NCBI GenBank assembly: GCA_054600435.1
Contig: BAAIJX010000009.1
Span: 310,001 to 374,000, forward strand
Direction of reading: 5' to 3'
Length of the DNA: 64,000 nucleotides
Source: Neophaeotheca triangularis
Taxonomy: Eukaryota
The translations under genes and the position numbers were made by a program. Of this stretch, positions 22,081 through 34,073 are shown piece after piece. How positions within the stretch are numbered: position 1 is the stretch's first letter; every line of letters begins with the position of its first letter. The notes beneath the pieces are model-generated. The model did no database searches. It saw nothing but the letters and a program-made list of their open reading frames with translations, and had not been told where the DNA came from.

Positions 22081-25000
22081 TTAACGCTCGCTAAAAGTAT
22101 TCTGCGAAGCAAAAGCCGAGAAATCCATGCTGCGGGACTTGGCGCGGCTACTGCTAGTCGGTACCACGTGGGAGACACCCAGGGGGTCGCCGTCGCTAGA
22201 GGCGGGAGCCTGATCTTGCTGGAATCCTTGTTGCGGCAGCTGCGAGGGCGCCATGTGCAGCTCATCGTTGTGCTTCTGGTCAGGTTGCGGCTGCGTAGTA
22301 GGGGTGGTGTTGGTATCCGTTTCCGACTCTTCGATAACTGTGGCCGGTGCTTCAGGAATCCCGGACTCGACGACGGCCACGCTCTTAGACCTAGTCACGA
22401 CGTCAAATTCTGGCTCCTCCTTTTGCACTTGCAATGAGGACCTCGCTAGCGCATCTTGGCCCGCAGCATCGTCACTCTGGGCCGCGTGAATGGAAGAGCT
22501 CATGCTCAGCCGTGAAAGCGTGGATGTGAAATTCGATGTCATGCTGCCGAGACTCGGGGTACTCTTGGTTTCTTTGAGAGCGGTGGCTTTAGGGTCATTG
22601 GATCGCGGTGTATCAACCAAGACCGCGTTGTGAGGACGGTCATCAAAGGATACGGTTTCTGAGAGAGCACCTGAAAGGTTTTGTGAATCAGTGTGTTCAA
22701 TGACCGCGTGGTGGATCGTCTCCGGCAAATTCATCTCTTCGCTCTTACGTCCGAATAAGTCGTTCCACCAGCGCACGCTGACTTTGTACTCGCCTCTGCT
22801 GTCCGCGATGTGGGTGCGGCGGGGGAATAGCAGGAGGTCGTTGGTTGGGGGTGTGAAGCCTGGATTGAGGAATTCGCGCTTGCGGGCCATGAAGTGTGAC
22901 CAGACTGAGGCGGTTTGTCCGGCGTGTTCGACGCGCTCCTTCTCGTTGTTGAAGAGGAATTCGCCGTACTGACCGGCGTAAGAGTGGAAGAAGAGACGGC
23001 GTAGGAAGCGTTCATTGAACTCGAAGGATTCTGGATACTGGTAGTGCATCTGCCAGACGGCGTCAAGGAATTGGTGGAAAATCGGGGCAATTTCGTTGTC
23101 GGCTGCTTTTGTCTTCTTCTCCTCTTTGGTCGCAACTGGTGGTGAGTGGATCAAAGGGTTTGGAGGTGGTGTGGAAGGACGAGACCCAGTCTTCTCACCC
23201 TCGCTTTCCATGACGCTTGCTTGCTGCCTGAAGATGCTTGTTCTGTTCTTCTCGAACCAAGTCTTCGCGCCGCTGATCGCTTTTGACCCCAAAGCATTAA
23301 TGCTGTTGCCTTCTGAGCTGCTACTTTCTCGCGTACGAGGTGGTAGAACTCTTTCGTTCTCAATCTCAAACCACTTGTCGCTGCCTTGGACGCCCTGCCG
23401 ATCTCTGAATTTGTGGCCGAAGGATAGGAAGTCTTTTTGGATGAGAGTGATGAAGCCCTCGAACGTGCGGTAGTAGGGGTCAAGCATGATTTGAGCAAGC
23501 GCAGATACTTGCGAAGTACGATCCCAGCCGTCAGAGCAATGGACCAAGACGTGGCTACCGCCCAGGCCTATCTTTTTGGCGACCATGGTAGACCCTTCAA
23601 GTAACCCTTGAATGTGGGCCAGCCATCCAGATCTTCGGAGGGCCTCCTGATTTGGCGGAAGATTGACGTAGTCGGAGCCTGCGAGGCTCTCCACCACTTT
23701 GTCGAGCGAGGCTCGCATGGCGTGGATGTTTGCGATATCTAGGAAAACTCGCTCAACAGGGGTATCGCCAGGATTCGTGTAATTCGAGACATCCTCTATT
23801 CCACCACCGCCTGCCCTGTTCGCCAAAGCATTGATTCTCGGGCGTGCGTCAACAATCAGATTGCGTCTCGTACTGCCATACACCCTTTTTTGCCTTATAG
23901 CCGTAGCCGCCTCGATGTCAACACCTTCTGCGGAGCTACTGAAATCAGTCGCAAAAGATTCTCCGTCGGTCGTTGCAAGTATAGAGCCGTCAGTGTCGAG
24001 TGTGTTTGAGGATTGGTTACGAGAGGGCGAAGTTTCCCGTGAGTGTTCTGGTGGGGTGTGGCTGGAGAATATCGCAGACACAAGTCTCTCGTCCTGAGGA
24101 TTTCTTTTGCCTCCAACACCTACCATGGGCTGCGAGGATCTTGTTACACTGCCGCCATTGGAATGCAGATATGCCAGAGCTGGTATACGGGCTTTCGAAC
24201 GGAAAGTACCGCTATATTTCAGCAGATTGTCGCTTACTAGCCGTGGGACACACAGTATGCTCGGATAGGTGGAGGCGTAAGAATAGTCGCGGTTGATTTC
24301 GCTAATCCTCCAAGCACTGGCGGGCCCTTCGGATGCCTTGGGACTTATGCCCATCCTTGCAAACTCCCTTCGAGCATCGTAACTCGGCATGCTCGCCTTC
24401 TCCTCTTCGACTGGGGCAGTGAAATGGAAGGCGAAGAGATCTTCCACCTTGTTCGCGCAACACCGGCTCCGAAGAGTGTAAAAGACTCGCCTGGCAACAT
24501 CATCTGGCCCTTCCTCATTCAGAGAGCCATGGAAGTGAAAGGCCATCGTGGTAAAATCCTTGCATCGCAGGCGTATGGCAGGCTGTCTCCCACTGCCGGA
24601 TCCGTGTACAGTTGCGGCTGGCAGGTTGGCGGAGAAACCCTCGCTGGGCGAAGCAGGTCTTCGAGGTGAGGCGTGTGCGGTGAGCCTAGCAGAGTCAAGC
24701 GATGGCCGTACGTATTCACTTGTGCCGTATGTTGGGGGAAAGAGATCTTCTGTCCCTGCGGTAGCATCAAGATCAGGCCTTCTCGGTACGGCGCGGTTAG
24801 CACCGCTCACAGCATGGCTTGGTCTGAGCTGGCAGTGGTTGATGAGGGGGTAGGGTATCCAGATTCGTTTGTGGCGAGGCTTTGGCTGTAGGGCGGTGGC
24901 CTTCTCGGGGACAGATGTCTGCTGACCAGCGTCGGATGTGGGCGTTGGTTGGGGGTTTCCGGAATTCGGGGCTGATAGCGAGGAAGTACTACCACCTATG

Positions 25001-25176
25001 GAATTCCTTTTCTCGGTGCTTTCGTTCTTGATGTTTGGAGCCTTGGCCGCGGGGCGAAAGGCGAAGACCATATGGTCCCTTTCGAGGGCGAGTGTTCCGT
25101 GCTCGACTTTGCCCTGATGGTGCCAGGACACGTTGCGGATATGCATATCGCCCGGAGAAGCATCGCTCAAGGCCAT
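22081..25176 (-). CDS. YMR1: Myotubularin-family phosphoinositide 3-phosphatase (1031 aa)
   Basis: Catalytic signature VLVHCSDGWDRTSQ, plus WRISEINRDYSYASTYP, FRSKARIP, IVDARP, LDPYYRTFEGF and PIFHQFLDAVWQ...FEFNERFL. N-terminal PH-GRAM-like region. Confidence 0.96.
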   Translation of the reverse strand: MALSDASPGDMHIRNVSWHHQGKVEHGTLALERDHMVFAFRPAAKAPNIKNESTEKRNSIGGSTSSLSAPNSGNPQPTPTSDAGQQTSVPEKATALQPKPRHKRIWIPYPLINHCQLRPSHAVSGANRAVPRRPDLDATAGTEDLFPPTYGTSEYVRPSLDSARLTAHASPRRPASPSEGFSANLPAATVHGSGSGRQPAIRLRCKDFTTMAFHFHGSLNEEGPDDVARRVFYTLRSRCCANKVEDLFAFHFTAPVEEEKASMPSYDARREFARMGISPKASEGPASAWRISEINRDYSYASTYPSILCVPRLVSDNLLKYSGTFRSKARIPALAYLHSNGGSVTRSSQPMVGVGGKRNPQDERLVSAIFSSHTPPEHSRETSPSRNQSSNTLDTDGSILATTDGESFATDFSSSAEGVDIEAATAIRQKRVYGSTRRNLIVDARPRINALANRAGGGGIEDVSNYTNPGDTPVERVFLDIANIHAMRASLDKVVESLAGSDYVNLPPNQEALRRSGWLAHIQGLLEGSTMVAKKIGLGGSHVLVHCSDGWDRTSQVSALAQIMLDPYYRTFEGFITLIQKDFLSFGHKFRDRQGVQGSDKWFEIENERVLPPRTRESSSSEGNSINALGSKAISGAKTWFEKNRTSIFRQQASVMESEGEKTGSRPSTPPPNPLIHSPPVATKEEKKTKAADNEIAPIFHQFLDAVWQMHYQYPESFEFNERFLRRLFFHSYAGQYGEFLFNNEKERVEHAGQTASVWSHFMARKREFLNPGFTPPTNDLLLFPRRTHIADSRGEYKVSVRWWNDLFGRKSEEMNLPETIHHAVIEHTDSQNLSGALSETVSFDDRPHNAVLVDTPRSNDPKATALKETKSTPSLGSMTSNFTSTLSRLSMSSSIHAAQSDDAAGQDALARSSLQVQKEEPEFDVVTRSKSVAVVESGIPEAPATVIEESETDTNTTPTTQPQPDQKHNDELHMAPSQLPQQGFQQDQAPASSDGDPLGVSHVVPTSSSRAKSRSMDFSAFASQNTFSER

Positions 25177-25961
25177 GACGTCGATTCTAGACGGAATTAT
25201 CAGGTTGCAAGGCTCGCTGCAGTACCATGGCAGGGTTTGTATACGGTTTATCAGTCGACTGCGTCAATCTAAGATGTTCGTAACTAGGAGAAAGCGTAGC
25301 ATGCGAGCACCCCAAAAGAAGTAGTGAAGTGTGGTGAAGTTACTTTAGGTATGGTAGTCGACAGTGACTATTAATGGTCGTGGATGCTTATAGTGTGGGT
25401 AGGTAGAGGTGTAGAGGTGTAGAGGTGCTGGAGGAGTGACACGAGCCAACTGGCAGACAGTTCCTAGGTACCTCCTACAGCAGAGAGAGGCCGAAGATGT
25501 TCCGACGAATGCAACCTCAAAGGCGCCGCGTGCTTTCTCGTGACTTCCCGTGTCATCAAACGAAACCTACGATCTGGCAAGGTAAGGTCGGGTGCCTAAG
25601 GTGCTCCATGGTACGCCGACCTGGAATGGTCCACGGTTAGGTAAAACTTCATGCGTTGGATGTATCGGAGTCGAAAATGTGTAACTACTTCCCGACAAGG
25701 CAATATCATAAGGTAGCTTACCCACCTACCCACCTACCTACCTACCTTAGGTAGGCACCCGCGTCCCTCGAGGAAGGCGCGAGCCAGTAGGTAGGTAGCG
25801 GCACAGAAACTTCGACTTCACCCTATCTTTCCTATCTCTCCTTTCAATCTCCTACAGCGTTTCTTCCAACTCACATCCCAGCTGTCAAGCTACCGGCCGC
25901 ATTGCACACTTCGAGCCCACTAATCGTCTAGTCGTCCGTCGGTCGTGCAGCGCCCGTCCTC

Positions 25962-28900
25962 ATGGCCACTCTTCGCCCAGCAAAGACTGAAAAGGCCGAG
26001 AGGCGGATCAAGGAGGTCATCAGTACGTCACACCTCGAGTGAGCGCCTCGTCAAGTCTCTGACCGGCCTACAGATGTTGCGCATCAGACCTTCCGGCACT
26101 TCAAGGCAGACACCCAAGAGTCTCCGACCTGGGTAGCCGATGTCGAAGCAACGGTTCAACGAGCGTTCCCTCTGCCCTTGTCTCCCGCACTGACTAGCCA
26201 ATCCCCGGAGCTGGATCAGGCTGGAGTCGCACTCTGGAACGCATCGACATCGTTGTTGCGGAGGAGCGAAGACCCCAGAAAGCGTACCCACGACGAGCAG
26301 CAAACACCACTGATTCATCAAGCCGCGCTACTGCGCACTTTCGGGTGCCTCCTTTTGGACGCTGCCTGCGCTTGTTCGTCTCATCTAACCAAAGACCTTC
26401 AGCAGCGCATACGTACATTCAAAATAGCCCTCAGAGCCGTCCGATTTTGCTTGGACAACAATGAAATCGCGCTCACCCAGAAGCCTCTGGAGAGGTGCGC
26501 AGAATACGCCATAGCAGTGGAAGAAGCTGCTCCAGTGATTCGTATGATCGAGGAAAGCGAGGCTGCAGAGCACGAAACCGCACTCAACCAACTAACCCAG
26601 GAGTACTACTTGCTTCGCGTCATGCATTCCTGGAAGACCGACAGACTCGATCTTGCCGAACACTTCTACAACAAAGCAAGCCCTTCGATCGCAGAGGACA
26701 TGGCAGAGCGAGCAGCAGACCTTTTCCATGCAATAGGTGCGAATGTGGCAAAGAAGCAAAATCTACCAGCCGCGAAGAACTGGCTTGCTCGCGCTGCCAA
26801 GACGGTTGATGCCTGTGATATCGAGCAGCTTAAAACTGACATTAGCGAGCTTCGTCTCACTATAGCAGCATCTCAAGGTAGGTTGATTTCCCCGTACGAT
26901 AGTCTGGATGAGCTGCTGACCGGTTAGTCCGCGCCTTCCTCCTGTCAAAAGACCTCGAAGATCTCCGGAGCGCTGAGGCGGTCATCAATGAACTGGAGAC
27001 TACACATGGCCTTGGCAACCGTGTAGCAGTTTCGCTCATGCGATTCGATGTCGCAACAGCGAGTCAACCCGTTGACGTCGTTAAAATGCGCAGTACTCTT
27101 CTGCGAATGCTCAGGTTAGGTGTCATGACTGAGCAGATATTCAGAATGTAGGTGTCGGCTCATAACCTGTAGATCTTTCCTTGACTAACCAAACTGATCG
27201 ATAGCTTCATGAAGACGATACACAAAGCCAGAGATGCGGATGCAGCATGCGCTTGTGATGCACTCGCCGAGCTGATCACCGCCCGTCTCCTACCGATCTG
27301 GCAACCACTTGAGGCGGGTCAAGGCGAGCAGTCTATCCAAGAGTGGCTGGAAAAGGCAACTGTCACATACGTGCTTTTTGTCACCAAATTCTCCGACCCA
27401 CAGAAAATCGTTCGCATGGAGGAGTTGTTTGACACCATCAAGCGAACGGTGAACAGCGGAATCTCGGCCAAGGCAACCCACGCAGCACAAACACTCCTAT
27501 GGAAGAACGCCGGCGCCTCACCTAGTGAGCATGCTGATGCATGGTCTGCTGTTCTTCAACACCCACTGTTTGACAACGCCGGGCTTCTGAACAAGACAAG
27601 AATAGCCAGAAAGGCCATCCTCACCGCAATGGCGAAGAATGATCTGGATTCTGCTCGAAGAGGCTACTTCGCAATGCCACCCGCTGCTCAGGCCGAGAAC
27701 CTTTCCAAGTACATTGCGTTCAAGCTGGCCCTCAAGTCCAACGATTACGATCTGGCAGCAGAGAGCCTTGAATCGATCACCAAACAAGCAGGCAAGGACT
27801 CTTCGTATCTTTACGCCTGTGCGCTAGAAGCCACACATTCCGGCATGCGCCACATGGCAGTGGCGGCGCTTCAAGCAATCGCGCAAATCCTACCACCTGG
27901 CCCGCACACTCCCTCGCTGCTGAGATGCACCGCGCGGCTACTCATTAGCGAAATCAGCCAACTAGACCGCGCATTGGATGAGACACTACCACCCGTGATT
28001 GACCTCTGCGAAAGTGCCATGCAAGAAACAAAGAACCTGCGTAAAGACTCGGAAGCACAGTGGCGGTCTGAGATTCAATGGTGGAGCAAAAATACGTACA
28101 ACCTTGCGCTTAGAGTGTGTGGAGCTGCGCAACCAGCGCATCTTGTCGAGCTACTTGATATCTGTATTAACTTTCTCGAGTGCTGGCCAAAGGACGGAAA
28201 AGCCATGCTCCAGAAAGACATCGAACATCGCCGACTCCTATGCCACTTCCTCTGCGCAAGCGCCTGCGTCGTAATAGGGCGGTCCAGCCAGCAAGAGAAT
28301 GCCACCGTACTAGTGTCCTACACTCGTGCGCGCCGACAGATCAAAGCCTTCAACACGCTTCACCAACAAAAGCAGACCCGGGACCTCGAAATGCAAGACC
28401 GAGCCTTTCTCATGCTAAAGTACGACCTCGAAAGCATCCTCAAACTCCAGCAATGGGAAGACCTCGATGCAACCCTGGCTCAATGCCTCGACTTCTCCTC
28501 CCTCGACCACTGGGACACGCTCGCCGATATCGTCATCATTATCCACGAGCAGACGAAAAGCGCGGGCATCAATAACGCGGCATCGGCACGAGTGCCCGAG
28601 CTGTTGCAAAACATCATCAACACGACATGGAAAAAGGACAAGGACATTGTCAAAGTGGCTCGCTGGGTGCGGCTTACGTTTACCATGTACCTCGACGACG
28701 AGGGCGAGAGTGTTAGTCTAAAACTCTTGCGGCAAGCGGCTAATATGGCTGGGAAGGGTTCTGAGGGAAGGGGGGAGAGGTATCCCGGGGATGAACTGGG
28801 GTGGTTGGCGACGACGGCTTTCAACAAGGCGGTGGATTTTCTTGCTGCGCAGCAGAACGATAGCGCCGTCGAATGGGTTGAGGGAGCGCTGGAGTTGGCG

Positions 28901-28990
28901 CGGTATGCGGATGATGATGGCGAGTTGCATTCGATTTTGACGCATCATAAGGAAATGGCTGAGACTAGGGTTCGTGAAGGTGTTGTTTGA
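25962..28990 (+). CDS. SPO22: Meiosis-specific TPR protein Spo22/Zip4; exons 25962-26022, 26074-26877, 26928-27147, 27205-28990
   Basis: Hand-spliced GT-AG introns with CTGAC/CTAAC branch points join in frame. Motifs LD..GV.LWN, RTFGCLLLD, HAAQTLLWK, EIQWWSKNTYNLAL and YP.DELGWLATTAFNKAVDF are typical of fungal SPO22/ZIP4. Confidence 0.88.
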
Positions 28991-29133
28991 TCTCATAGGA
29001 TGGAGTGAGAGTAGCTGATACTGGAGGCTTTGTGGAAAGGTGAGACGATTTGACGCGGGGGCATTCACTCGCTCGAGCGCTGTACAAGTATCCATCAACC
29101 AAAACTCCTACCCATCAAGAACTCTCACACCAA

Positions 29134-30497
29134 TCACCACGGATGCGGCTACAGACTATCATCAGCAATGCAACGTATGAAGTGCCAGCGATCCACGGGT
29201 GAACTTACCTTATTCTCCCAAGTCCAGAACGTGCCGCTATGCTGGATACCTTTGCTCTCAATGACCCGTATACAGCCCTCCACGCTCTGCTGCGGCGTCA
29301 TAATGCCCTCGACCTCCCAGCCGAGCTCTACATTCGCCATATCCCTGCCGAGGAAAAGTCAAAGTCAGCAATGGAGAGCCTCCCACGACGGCTACATTCA
29401 CACATAAAGCTCTCCCCAAAAAGCACCTGACGAGAACCAGCAAGCGACAAAAAAAAAAAAAAAGAAGAAAAAAACCCCAACCAACGAGAGCAAAGCAACG
29501 AAAAAAAATAGATAAAGAAAAATCGGGGTTCAAACTCACGTGCCAACCTCGCCCGGATGCAGAGCCAAAACCACGGTATCATCGTCCGCTCTCTTCAACT
29601 CCGCGGCCAAATGTCTGAGCATCTGGTTCAGCGCGGCTTTGGAAGCGGCGTAAGCGGCGAAACCGTCTTCGTGCTCGCGGAAATTGAGCGCCGAGCCGGA
29701 GTCGCTGGACATGAAGATGATGCTGCCGAGGGGGATGCGGCTTGCGAGGAGCCGCTGGGCTGTGATTATCGGGCCGATGGTGTTGGTGTGGAGGTGGAAG
29801 GCGAAGGCGTCGAAGGTGCTGTGAGGGGGGGTTAGAGGAGTCGGAGGGATTGGGTTTGTGATTGGGGTTTGGTTTTCTTTTTGAGAGAGAGGGGTTTACT
29901 GGAAGGTGTTCTGGGGTGAAGGCTTGCTGGGTGGAGAGTGTGCTATCGCTTACACTTCAGAGGCTCTCTACACGGCGCCGCGTTAGTGACCTACCTGTCG
30001 AAAATCGAGGGAGAAGAAGTTTACATTAGGATACTGCAAAACGCCAGCATTGATGACCACATGATCCAGAGTCAACCGCGGCACCGCCATAAGCTGCTCC
30101 ACGAGCCCCTAGATAAAGTAGGAAGTCAGGAAAAAAGAAAAATCCCGGCCGAAACACGCAGACCCTCCCAGTCTTTCTCTTAAGAAACATCAAAAGAAGA
30201 AATTATAAACCCTACATTAATACTCCCCTCACTGAGCACATCCACACTCAGCATTTGGCAAAGCCCATGATCGGCGCCGGCTTCCGCCCACAGCGAGCTC
30301 GCGTGCTGCGCGGCAGTGTTGCGGACGGTTGCGAAGACTCGGTCGCCGCGCGCGAGCAGCTGGCGCACGAATTCGAGTCCGATGCCGCGGGAAGCGCCGA
30401 CTATGAGCCAGGTTTTCATCTGGTGGGGCGAGGGCTGCGTACTGCCATTGGGGTTGTTTTGGTTGTAGAGGATGGCCGGGATGTTGAGGGTGGCCAT
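29134..30497 (-). CDS. Short-chain dehydrogenase/reductase, CsgA/C-factor-like; exons 30497-30216, 30108-30025, 29967-29954, 29818-29540, 29344-29209, 29148-29134
   Basis: GASRGIG Rossmann motif, INAG, catalytic YAASK, LHPGEVGTDM and terminal TFWTWENK|PHPW. All six exons splice in frame. The start could instead be ATG 30419. Confidence 0.9.
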
Positions 30498-31229
30498 TTG
30501 CGTAGAAGCTTTCGTTGGTTGGAGAGGGCGTTGTGGGTAGAGTCGCTGGGGGCTTGGATGGCCGGATTAGATATGAGGGCTGGTATTGTTGAAAGCCGGG
30601 TTGGATATGTCTATACTGTACTTGTGTTAGCCAGCCAGGCAGATGGAACTTGGATGTGATGTTGATCGCTTCGCCCCACTTTTCATGGCTTAGGTTGCTT
30701 GAGACCAATCGAGACTGTGAGGTACCTGATACGAGAGAGACTGGCCGGGAATCGGTAACGAAGACGCGGTTGAGGACAGAAAGGGAAACGTATGATCGCA
30801 AAAAGACATTGGACGCCTCTGTTATGTCTGTTCCAGTTGCACAAGGATCTGACCATCCGTGAAGGCTCACGATTGCAAAATGAGCCGCAGCCTTACTTTT
30901 ATATTAGAATCATACCAGAGTGATACTAAAATCGTGGCGGTAACTATTGCTTATATCAAAGCACAGGCTTCGAGGCTGCTATGGAGCTCAACACCAGATG
31001 CCACGTCTTTCATCAGCCAGTTTCAAAAGAAGATACCTCGCCTGGGACGTCAAGACTTTTCTCTCCTTCCCAAACCCTCTTCTTCCCAGCGGACCTCCGA
31101 CACACGATAACCAGACTCCAAGCAGATCAACCGTGACCAGCACGACCTTATACAGCAGTAACTTAGCCGTTGCGTAGAGAGTCCAGCAGAGACCGCTCGC
31201 CGAGGAAGACGAGAGGGACGCATTCGCAC

Positions 31230-32930
31230 TCGCAAAGGCTGAGTAAAGCTTCGCGAGACTGAGAGATAGCAGTCAATGTCTTCTCGGCAAGTTTCTCATA
31301 TGCTAGAGCGTGTGTTTGTGGTCGAGTGATGCCACAGTAAGGAGCCGAGTCAAATGTTTCTCGACTATTGCTTCGATGATTGACTGCGGGAACGATGCCG
31401 AGGACTGCTGGCTGGGAAATTGACAGACGTGATCCAGATAGTAAATTTGACATCTTGGTGGAAAGTCATCAACAGTGAAACCCAACCCCTTGGAGAGCTC
31501 GCCAACAAGCTCGCGAAGCTGTACGAGGGAAGGCCTTACTAGGTTGTCTTCAATACCTAGGCCCACCTGGCCTCTTCAGCAGTGCCTTTCTCTCCCATAG
31601 CCACATCGCAGAACGTCAGCGGTTATCTGTCTGCCTTCACACGGCGACAGTGAGGTGACAAGACATTGTCAATTCTCGTCAGCCGATCGGATTCGCCGTC
31701 CAAACTTACAGCACTCAACTCAACGCTTCTGGAGCGGGCTCCGAAGCCGTTGTTTGACACCCAAACTCACCCACAAAAAGCGGTAAGTGGCTTGCGTGAG
31801 GCCCCGGGCGCGGGCATCCGTCTGCAGGGCGCAAGTCATCGAAAACTGTTTTGTGACTGCCTGTCGCGGTGTTTGAACGACGCTGCCAGTTTATAAGAAC
31901 ATCCGCTATAGGCCCGACGCGTTATCGCGACATCGCTGTTCATGATCCTTTCCAGGTGGATAGGAAATCTCAAGCATGAAGTGCGGAAATCTATCGGAGT
32001 CGTAGCGCGTCAACTGTGGACCTTGGGGTACGTATACTTGCACCGTCTTCCAGGTCGGTGTCCGCGGGTGTGGAATTTGGGTCTGCTTATGTGGTCTTTG
32101 CTGGTGTGTTTTCAACTTTTTCAAGCCGCTCGTTCTGCTCATGCTTTCCGGGTCAGCTCCAAAGGACATGTAGGTCGCCATGGTGTATGCAGCCTAAGGT
32201 CTTGGCCAACTCAATGGCAGAAGGCAGTGCCGTCTTAGCTCCATGGCGAAAATTCGAGCCATCAGTATGCTTGGCGTCGGCGACGGCGGATAGGGCTGCG
32301 GAGTAAGTGGATGTAAGAGACACCTCAGCCCTGCGCATACCGGCCAACATCTCATCAAGCCTTACCTCTTCTAATGGACCGTGCGACCACATGCCATGAC
32401 ACCTATTACTGCTGGTGAATGGCATTGTTGTATTCCCATCGGGCATCAAATGTCATTGAGAAGCATGACGGCCCAGACGGACCGAACAATGGCAAGTCAG
32501 GTGTGGAAGAATGCTGTTGTGCTTCCACACCGGCCCAGATTTTTGCGACTTCACGACGAACACGTCTATCACGTACGATGGCTGGCCGGACATTGACAGA
32601 CTGTAGGTAACCTGGTACAGCGGCGGAACGCACGCGAGAGCAATCGCCCGAGAGGCCCGGGGTTGGGGAGATTCGAGAGCGAAAAGCTGCTGCTGCAAGC
32701 GATCGAGTCGCTTGTACCTTTTTAGTAGTGACTTGATGTTCCGTAGAAGTCTCGGTAGAGGTCTGCTGCCGCTGGGCCAGACTTGGTACGTAAGCGAGGT
32801 TGAAGTTTCTGCGAGTTTGCGGATCTCAAGCGCTTTTTCGTCGTCGTCGTCGTCGTCGTCGTTGTCGCATGTGGGTTCTAACTTGACTTTTGCCGTCGCG
32901 TTCGGGCTCCTTTCGTTACTGCGACTCGCG
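31230..32930 (-). pseudogene. Probable decayed gene, possibly of the fungal PD-(D/E)xK (Uma2-like) nuclease-fold family
   Basis: Protein-like fragments in shifting frames: RFPHFMLEISYP..., *RMFL*TGSVVQT...QATYRFLW, GLGFTVDDFPP, LAYEKLAE. In-frame TAG at 31906-31908 and TAA at 31891-31893. Resemblance is recalled, not searched. Confidence 0.3.
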
Positions 32931-34073
32931 AGGACGTGATGGGTCAAAAGAAACGAAGCTGTTCCACGGCGTGTAATAGTAGTAGGTTGTGGTCGAGCAT
33001 GCGCGTTAATTATGCGGGACTGCTGCGCACTGAGGTGGTCTGGTGTCTTGATACCTCCTATTGTAGTAGCTGTCGAGCTGCGCCTCACACTACTACAGCG
33101 GATAATGGTACCTAGGTATGCAGGTAGCGCACCCTACCCAACTTACTAGTCGTGGCAGTATTAATAAGAATAATAATGAGGGTCAAGTCGAGAATTTTAA
33201 ATGGTTATGAATGGATTGGCTGGCCGATGGTCGAGAGGGCAGTACAATTGGTGTGTACCTGCAGACAACTTACCGTGGGATAGTAGTATCTATCCATGGA
33301 TGCTTCCTGAGCGTGGCCCCGAAACAGCGGTGTGCTTCTGCAAGTGGACTGAGAGGCATCGTTTGTTTGCTTGAGGTCGTCTCATACCTACCACCTTCTA
33401 CTGTATCATCATCATTCATGCCATGGCCTGGCATGCAGAACATAACCACCACTGCACAGCCTCGTCTCACCAATGAAAATACGTTGACCACGGCGCCGCC
33501 CGCCGTGCATCGTGCATACAGTACTTATTAGTAGCTAAGGTACTCTCAACCTACGCGGTACCTTACTACCTACCTACCTTGGCCCTAGCCTCCCTCGTAC
33601 TTCGTACCTCGTAGTAGTTCCCAAGCTCATCTGCAGGCAATCGGGGCGGTCGACGGCAAGACTCCACTCATTATTATTCATTCACTGGCAACTGCTCTGC
33701 ATATTATTACTAGTATTCTTCGAGCATCACCGTCGCCGAGGAAAGTTGCGGGTGGAGTTGTCTGGAGTATTGTACGTGGGGAATCCTGACTGCCACAGTA
33801 CCTCCTACTTTACTACATACTCGTAACAAATAAAGGCCGGCGCTGCTTCTCCCTCAACCTCCCTTCCGAAACCGTTAAACGACAATGTGGAGATAGCCGT
33901 TTGCTTCTTCACTTTTAACTCCGCCTTCGCCCCCGCCCCGTCCGCGGCCGCCGAACATCCGGTACAGACAGACGTCACGCGAGTCGCCAGCGACCTAATA
34001 CCATTAGACATTCCCTCCCTCCCTCCAAACTACGCATCTGAGAATCTTGCGCTTCCAACAGCTCTTGGAACAC

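Noticed and set aside
25720..25798. CRISPR-like or telomeric repeat array
   Set aside because: Simple (CTAC)n-type words with no spacers, and not TTAGGG; eukaryotic context.
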